Assembly (NCBI GenBank): GCA_964409875.1
Contig: CAYPEN010000004.1
Coordinates: 107,784 to 171,783 of the forward strand
Source of the DNA: an uncultured Gammaproteobacteria bacterium
GTDB taxonomy: Bacteria > Patescibacteriota > Microgenomatia > Levybacterales > GWA1-39-11
DNA: 64,000 nucleotides
Direction: 5' to 3'
The notes below the pieces were generated by a model, which did no database searches, had not been told where the DNA came from, and saw only the letters and a program-made list of their open reading frames with translations. The position numbers and the translations under genes were made by a program. Positions 58,494 to 64,000 of this stretch are shown here, one piece after another; positions within the stretch are counted from its first letter, which is position 1, and every line of letters starts with the position of its first letter.

Positions 58494-59876
58494 ATGAGAA
58501 AGCCAAAAATTTTTATTGTTGTTATTAGCTTAATTTCATGCATACTTCTTCTTCTAAACATTCCAGGTAAACTTGATTTACGCTCGGTTAAATTTCCATT
58601 TATTGAAAAAAGTAAAAATGTAGCCAATTTTGTCTTTGATCCTGCCAATATAAATTTTAATGTTGGAGGCATCAGTATAAAAAAAGACCTCTCATATAAA
58701 TTAGGGCTCGACCTGCAGGGTGGAACACAATTGACCTATAAAGTCGATATGAAAGGAATTAAAAAAGATGCCCAACAAGATGCATTTGAGGCAGCAAGAG
58801 ATGTTATCGAGCGCCGAATAAATTACCTTGGAGTTTCTGAGCCGACAATTCAGACCATCAAATTAGGCAACGACTATCGTATAGTTGTGGATCTCCCTGG
58901 TATGTCAAATGTTTCGCAAGCCATAAGCCTTATTGGGCAGACTGCACAACTTACCTTTTGGGAAGGTGGCAAGGACAAAATATCGGCAATACCTCAAGGC
59001 GATTTGTTTTTAACAACATTGGGGCAACTGATTGGATCTTACCCCATTCCCACCAACCTTACCGGAAAGGATTTACAAAAGGCTACTGTTGTCTTTGATA
59101 GAACAACTGGTAAGCCACAAGTACAGATACAATTTACCAGTCAGGGTGCCAAATATTTCGACGAAATTACTAAAAGAAATATTGGAAAAGTTGTAGCAAT
59201 TGCGCTTGACAACCAAATTGTGAGTGCACCTGTTGTACAGACAGAAATTGCTAATGGTACTGCGGTTATTTCCGGTTCATTCACACCCGATGTTGCAAAA
59301 AATCTCAGTATTGCACTCAATGCAGGAGCTCTTCCGGCCCCACTTGAGGTTATTGCCCAAAATTCCGTAGGTCCTTCGTTGGGTATTGACTCGCTTCATA
59401 AAAGTATGTTTGCGGCCATTATTGGATTTATGTCAATTATTTTCTTTATGACATACATATATAGAAAGGAAGGAATTATTGCATGTGTTGCGCTTGCAAT
59501 GTACACAGTTATAACACTTTTTATCTACAAACTCATACCCGTTACACTGACTCTTGCTGGTATTGCAGGCTTCATTCTGTCGATTGGTATGGCAGTTGAT
59601 GCAAATATCCTTATCTTTGAGAGAATGAAGGAGGAATTGAGACGTGGAAAACCCAGAGAGATTGCAATGAAAAATGGATTCACCCGAGCCTGGACATCAA
59701 TTAGAGATTCAAATATTACAAGTATAATTACAACTATCATTCTTTTCTATTTCGGGAGTGGAATTGTTAGGGGATTTGCTCTCACACTCTTTTTGGGAAT
59801 TATTGTATCAATGTTTTCAGCCATTACTATAACAAGAAATCTGTTATACGTTTTTGATAGAAAGGAGAAAAAATAA
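58494..59876 (+). CDS. secD: protein translocase subunit SecD
   Basis: LGLDLQGGTQLTYKVD and C-terminal 6-TM RND-like domain. Confidence 0.85.
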   Translation: MRKPKIFIVVISLISCILLLLNIPGKLDLRSVKFPFIEKSKNVANFVFDPANINFNVGGISIKKDLSYKLGLDLQGGTQLTYKVDMKGIKKDAQQDAFEAARDVIERRINYLGVSEPTIQTIKLGNDYRIVVDLPGMSNVSQAISLIGQTAQLTFWEGGKDKISAIPQGDLFLTTLGQLIGSYPIPTNLTGKDLQKATVVFDRTTGKPQVQIQFTSQGAKYFDEITKRNIGKVVAIALDNQIVSAPVVQTEIANGTAVISGSFTPDVAKNLSIALNAGALPAPLEVIAQNSVGPSLGIDSLHKSMFAAIIGFMSIIFFMTYIYRKEGIIACVALAMYTVITLFIYKLIPVTLTLAGIAGFILSIGMAVDANILIFERMKEELRRGKPREIAMKNGFTRAWTSIRDSNITSIITTIILFYFGSGIVRGFALTLFLGIIVSMFSAITITRNLLYVFDRKEKK

Positions 59877-60809
59877 ATGGATATAGTCGGAAAAAGAAGA
59901 ATATTTCTACTGGCATCGGCAGTGATAACTGCAATCTGTTTGTTGTCAATTATTATATTCAGATTTAAATTGTCTATAGAATTTACAGGAGGTTCAAAGC
60001 TCGAAATTGCATCTGCTGACAACAAGTCTATTAATATAAATAAAGTGAAGCAAGTGGCCTCAAATGAGAAGATAAAGATTATAACAGTTTCAAAAAACTC
60101 AAACAATGATATTCTTGTCAGAACAGATACGATAACGGATGCAAAAAAGAATGCCTTTTTGGCAAAACTTACCGATAATGGTGTTAACGTGAAAGAAAAG
60201 AGCTTTAACACTTTAGGCCCTATAATTGGCGGAGAAACAAGGAACAATGCATTCAAAGCAATAGGACTTGCAATAATTGCAATAACGCTCTATATCGCCT
60301 TTGCCTTCCGCCATGTTTCAAAACCAATTTCTTCATGGAAATTCGGAATCTCCGCAATAATTGCGCTGGTGCATGACGTATTGATTGTAGTAGGAATTTT
60401 CTCTTTGCTTGGAGAATTTATGGGGGTTGAAGTTGATACATTATTCATTACGGCAGTTCTTACCATCATGGGATTTTCAGTCCACGATACTATTGTTGTA
60501 TTTGATCGTATTCGGGAGAATTTACTTAAGAACGTGAAAAATCATTCATTCGAACAGGTGGTAAATCAAAGTTTCAATGAAACACTGGCAAGAAGTCTTA
60601 ATACTTCACTTACTGTTGTTTTGGTTCTTTTTGCACTCCTTCTTTTCGGAGGTGCAAGCATTAGGTGGTTTATTGTTGCTTTCTTAGTGGGAATAATTAC
60701 CGGAACCTATTCTTCAATTTTTATCGCGTCAGCTGTTTTGGTCGAATGGTATGATTTGAACAGGAAGGGAGTAACTCTCCAAAAAATTCTAAAAAGAAAA
60801 AAGAAATGA
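59877..60809 (+). CDS. secF: protein translocase subunit SecF
   Basis: EFTGGSKLEI motif and C-terminal TM bundle; immediately follows secD. Confidence 0.85.
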   Translation: MDIVGKRRIFLLASAVITAICLLSIIIFRFKLSIEFTGGSKLEIASADNKSININKVKQVASNEKIKIITVSKNSNNDILVRTDTITDAKKNAFLAKLTDNGVNVKEKSFNTLGPIIGGETRNNAFKAIGLAIIAITLYIAFAFRHVSKPISSWKFGISAIIALVHDVLIVVGIFSLLGEFMGVEVDTLFITAVLTIMGFSVHDTIVVFDRIRENLLKNVKNHSFEQVVNQSFNETLARSLNTSLTVVLVLFALLLFGGASIRWFIVAFLVGIITGTYSSIFIASAVLVEWYDLNRKGVTLQKILKRKKK

Positions 60810-60836
60810 TTTTGTTTCTTCGTTAACAAACAAATA

Positions 60837-61271
60837 ATGTCTCAAAAAAACACAAAACAAATAGCTGTTTTTTCAGGGATAATTATCAAAGATAATAAAA
60901 TTTTACTTACCCAGCGAACCGAAGAAGAATGTCCCGATGCTCATATGAAATGGGAATTCCCGGGAGGGAAAACCGATTTTGGTGAAACTCCTGAAGAAGC
61001 TGTTAGGCGTGAAATTTTTGAAGAAACAGGAGCAATTGTAGAAGTGGAGCAGCTTATTCCTTGTGTTCAAACTAATTACTGGGAATATGCTTGGGGAACA
61101 CAACAAACATTGTGTTTTGTCTTTGTTTGTAAATTTATTGAACAAAAAGAAATAAAGAAAGATCACCACATACATGATGTTAAATGGTTTGATTTAAATG
61201 AGATTAATTACATTAAAAGTCTTCCCGGAACAAAAGAGTTTATTGAATTAGCACTGAAACTTAAGAAGTAA
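60837..61271 (+). CDS. NUDIX hydrolase
   Basis: Nudix box WEFPGGKTDFGETPEEAVRREIFEETG. Confidence 0.8.
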   Translation: MSQKNTKQIAVFSGIIIKDNKILLTQRTEEECPDAHMKWEFPGGKTDFGETPEEAVRREIFEETGAIVEVEQLIPCVQTNYWEYAWGTQQTLCFVFVCKFIEQKEIKKDHHIHDVKWFDLNEINYIKSLPGTKEFIELALKLKK

Positions 61272-61713
61272 GACGTTCCCTGACAATTGAGGATACAAAT
61301 CCACCATCGGCTTTCCCTTTCGTTTGAGGATTTAAAATTCCCATGACTTTCCCCATGTCCTGCATTGTGGAAGCACCTGACTTCGCTATTGCCTCATCTA
61401 TAAGTTTTTTTATTTCCTCTTCAGAGAGTTGCTCTGGCAAGTAAGAAGAGAGAATCTCAAGCTCTGCCTTTTCTTTATCAGCGAGTTCTTGCCGGCCACC
61501 TTTCTCAAACATTTCTATTGATTCGCGCCTTTTTTTAATTTCTCGCCCTACGACCTCGATAACATCCTCATCAGTGGCTGTATATCCTGCTCCTCCTTTT
61601 TGAATTTCGAAATATTGAAGAGCTGATTTTAGCATACGGATTGTCGAGAGTTTTTGCTCTTCATGTGCAAGCATCGCTTGTTTTAACTCTTCTTGTATTT
61701 TGTCTTTAAGCAT
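61261..61713 (-). CDS. GatB/YqeY-domain protein
   Basis: YqeY family pattern (…EILSSYLPEQLSEEEIKKLIDEAIAKSGASTMQDMGKVMGIL). Confidence 0.7.
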   Translation of the reverse strand: MLKDKIQEELKQAMLAHEEQKLSTIRMLKSALQYFEIQKGGAGYTATDEDVIEVVGREIKKRRESIEMFEKGGRQELADKEKAELEILSSYLPEQLSEEEIKKLIDEAIAKSGASTMQDMGKVMGILNPQTKGKADGGFVSSIVRERLTS

Positions 61714-61727
61714 ATCTATATTATACT

Positions 61728-63092
61728 CTATTGTCTGAATTGCTCCAATCGGGTCAAGAGATATTCCCGGTTATTCTTCGATAAATCTTCATCTACTTCT
61801 GCAAATAGCTTTTGAAGAATGTCACCGACTTGCTTGCCCGGTTGAATATCTAGCAGTTTCATAACGTCATTCCCATCGATTACCATATCATTTATAGAGA
61901 AAGGAGGGTGAAGTTGTTCTTCAAGCCTCTCTTTGAATTTTTTTAGCCTCCAACTTTCTGCAGTTTGCGTTCCTCCCCCGAGCCTGTCACCTATGCGAAG
62001 GTCTATCATATCTTTAACATTTTCAACACCTACTCGTCGTATAAAACGTCTTATTGCGCTGTCGGTTATATGTTCATCAACTGTGAACATATGCCATCGG
62101 ATAAGCGTATAGATTTTCTCCTTTTGTTTATTTGATAAGTGTAGCCTTTCTGCAATTTCTTTAGCTACTTTTGCTCCAACAACCTCGTGATTATAGAAAA
62201 TAATATAGCCTTCATGATCTTTTGACGCAACATACGGTTTTCCTACGTCATGGAATAGTGCTGCAAGCCGCACTAAGGGGTCTGGTGATGGACATTCCTT
62301 CATAGATAAGAGATTGTGGGTAAATACATCGCTTGTGTGATGTCTCCCCGGTCTTGCTTGTGATACTCCTTTTCCTTTGAGAAGTTCCGGAAAAATGATA
62401 TCTAGGATACCAATTTCATCAAGCAGAACAACTCCATCATAGTAATTATTAGTAGCGAGAATTTTTAAGAACTCGTCCCGGATGCGTTCGTTGCTAACAT
62501 GCTGAATGAGGTGGGCATCTTGCTTCATTGCAGTAATTGTTTTTTCCTCAATGGTAAAACCGAGCTGCGAGGAGAATCTCACAGCCCGCATAAGCCGCAG
62601 GGCATCCTCTTTGAACCGCTCATCAGGACTTCCAACAGAACGAATTAGCTTGTTCTTTAAATCCTCTGTTCCATTAACAAGATCAATAATTTCTGTGCTG
62701 CCGTTTTCAAAAATCTTTATCGCCAGTGCATTTACTGTGAAGTCCCTCCTTTTTACATCTTCGAGAAGAGAATTGCCCCAAACAACCTCACCCGGATGTC
62801 TAAAGTCAGTGTAGCCCGACTCATTCCTAAAAGTTGTAATTTCTGCATAATTTTTATCATCGACCTGACTATCAAATTTAACTCCCACTGTGCCATATGG
62901 ATTATCACAAAATGAGTCTGGAAAAACGGTTTGTATCTGTTCAGGTGTTGCATTTGTAGTTAGGTCCCAATCGGTAACCGGAAGGTTCATGAGAATATTT
63001 CTCACACAGCCGCCCACAAGGTAAACTTCGTATCCTGCTTTTTCAAGGGTAAAATATATTTTTTTAACTTCATCATTTATTGTAAGTTGCAT
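61728..63092 (-). CDS. cca: CCA-adding enzyme / tRNA nucleotidyltransferase (PolA-head + HD domain)
   Basis: YLVGGCVRNILMN...DWDLTT head motif; HD domain LFHDVGK. Confidence 0.8.
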   Translation of the reverse strand: MQLTINDEVKKIYFTLEKAGYEVYLVGGCVRNILMNLPVTDWDLTTNATPEQIQTVFPDSFCDNPYGTVGVKFDSQVDDKNYAEITTFRNESGYTDFRHPGEVVWGNSLLEDVKRRDFTVNALAIKIFENGSTEIIDLVNGTEDLKNKLIRSVGSPDERFKEDALRLMRAVRFSSQLGFTIEEKTITAMKQDAHLIQHVSNERIRDEFLKILATNNYYDGVVLLDEIGILDIIFPELLKGKGVSQARPGRHHTSDVFTHNLLSMKECPSPDPLVRLAALFHDVGKPYVASKDHEGYIIFYNHEVVGAKVAKEIAERLHLSNKQKEKIYTLIRWHMFTVDEHITDSAIRRFIRRVGVENVKDMIDLRIGDRLGGGTQTAESWRLKKFKERLEEQLHPPFSINDMVIDGNDVMKLLDIQPGKQVGDILQKLFAEVDEDLSKNNREYLLTRLEQFRQ

Positions 63093-63148
63093 ATGATATT
63101 ATGAGAGATGCAAAAAAATCTTTTAATTGAGCAAAAAAAGTATATCAC

Positions 63149-64000
63149 ATGAAACATTGGAAAATAATCTCAGAAGGTATAGTTCCAAACTCACCCGATG
63201 ATGTAATTTCGATAATTCTTAAAAATAGAAATCTTATAAAAGAAGATGATGTTACGGAATTTCTCGAAGCCGATATAGGAAAGGTTACTCTTCAATCTAT
63301 CGGAATTGAAAAAGAAGATTTTGAAAAATTCAAAGATAGGATTAATAACGCATTTAAAAAAAATGAGAAAGTAGTGATATTTGGAGATTATGATGTTGAT
63401 GGGATCTGTGCAACTGCAATTCTTTGGGAAACACTATATTCGAAGAGTAAAAATATCATTCCGTATATTCCCGATAGGGTAGATGAGGGGTACGGTCTTT
63501 CAAAAAAAGGTATTGATAATGTTTTAGAAAAAAATCCTGATATTAAGATCATAATTACGGTAGACAATGGAATAGTTGCCTATGAAGCAGTAAATTATGC
63601 GAAAGAAAAAGGCATTGATGTTATTGTTACGGACCATCATGTAAAAGGAAAAATAGAACCTCCCGCGTATTGTGTTCTTCATACAACCCAGCTTTGTGGT
63701 GCCGGTATTGCTTGGGTTATTGCAAAAGAACTTGGTTTTGAAAACCCTGGAAAAATTGATGAAAAACTCGAGCTTGCAGCTCTAGCAACAATAGCCGACC
63801 TTGTCCCTCTCACGAAGAATAATAGGGCAATTGTTAAAAAAGGAATCGAAAAATTGCGCACAACAAGACGCATCGGACTTGTTGAGCTATTAAAGGAGGC
63901 GGGGATTGACATGCAGATGCTTGGTGTGCATGCCATAGGTCATGTAATTGCTCCCCGTCTTAATGCTACCGGGAGAATCCAAAGCGCAATGAACGCACTT
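63149..64000 (+). CDS. recJ: single-stranded-DNA-specific exonuclease RecJ (DHH family), 3'-truncated by the window end
   Basis: DHH motifs VVIFGDYDVDGICATAIL, ITVDNG, VIVTDHH; ORF open to position 64000. Confidence 0.75.
   Translation, partial: MKHWKIISEGIVPNSPDDVISIILKNRNLIKEDDVTEFLEADIGKVTLQSIGIEKEDFEKFKDRINNAFKKNEKVVIFGDYDVDGICATAILWETLYSKSKNIIPYIPDRVDEGYGLSKKGIDNVLEKNPDIKIIITVDNGIVAYEAVNYAKEKGIDVIVTDHHVKGKIEPPAYCVLHTTQLCGAGIAWVIAKELGFENPGKIDEKLELAALATIADLVPLTKNNRAIVKKGIEKLRTTRRIGLVELLKEAGIDMQMLGVHAIGHVIAPRLNATGRIQSAMNAL

Overview
This AT-rich (about 38% GC), gene-dense chromosomal segment looks like a Candidate Phyla Radiation (Patescibacteria; Microgenomates/Parcubacteria-like) bacterium. 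That assignment is inference from gene content only. I can support about 70 protein-coding genes and one RNA gene, an unannotated RNase P RNA at about 4162-4533 on the minus strand. I saw no tRNA, rRNA, CRISPR array, transposase, integrase or prophage. The genes are mostly housekeeping: RNA metabolism (rny, miaA, cca, spoU, the t6A genes tsaD/tsaE/tsaC/tsaB), translation (class I lysK, serS, prfB, greA), DNA maintenance (topA, a UvrD-type helicase-nuclease, rmuC, udg, recJ, nudix, rdgB), secretion (secA, secD, secF), and cell division and wall (ftsE, ftsX plus a coiled-coil cysteine peptidase, ddl, a VanW-domain protein, two CAP-domain proteins, an RlpA-like protein). A large nucleotide-sugar and glycosylation locus spans 42043-55462, with dTDP, GDP and UDP sugar pathways feeding a GT2/GtrA glycosyltransferase and a GT-C glycosyltransferase. 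Things worth a second look: a promoter plus intrinsic terminator in front of greA (GraL-like leader RNA); a fully signalled 33-codon Lys/Ala-rich micro-ORF between serS and secA; an in-frame degenerate duplication of the SecA C-terminal tail after its stop codon; an orphan terminator with no upstream gene (candidate sRNA) before the PNPOx-like gene; a repeated A/T palindrome upstream of rny and miaA; a duplicated 5' gene fragment inside the glycosylation locus; and several coupled pairs of uncharacterised envelope proteins. No database or covariance-model search was possible, so every product call rests on motifs recognised by eye.
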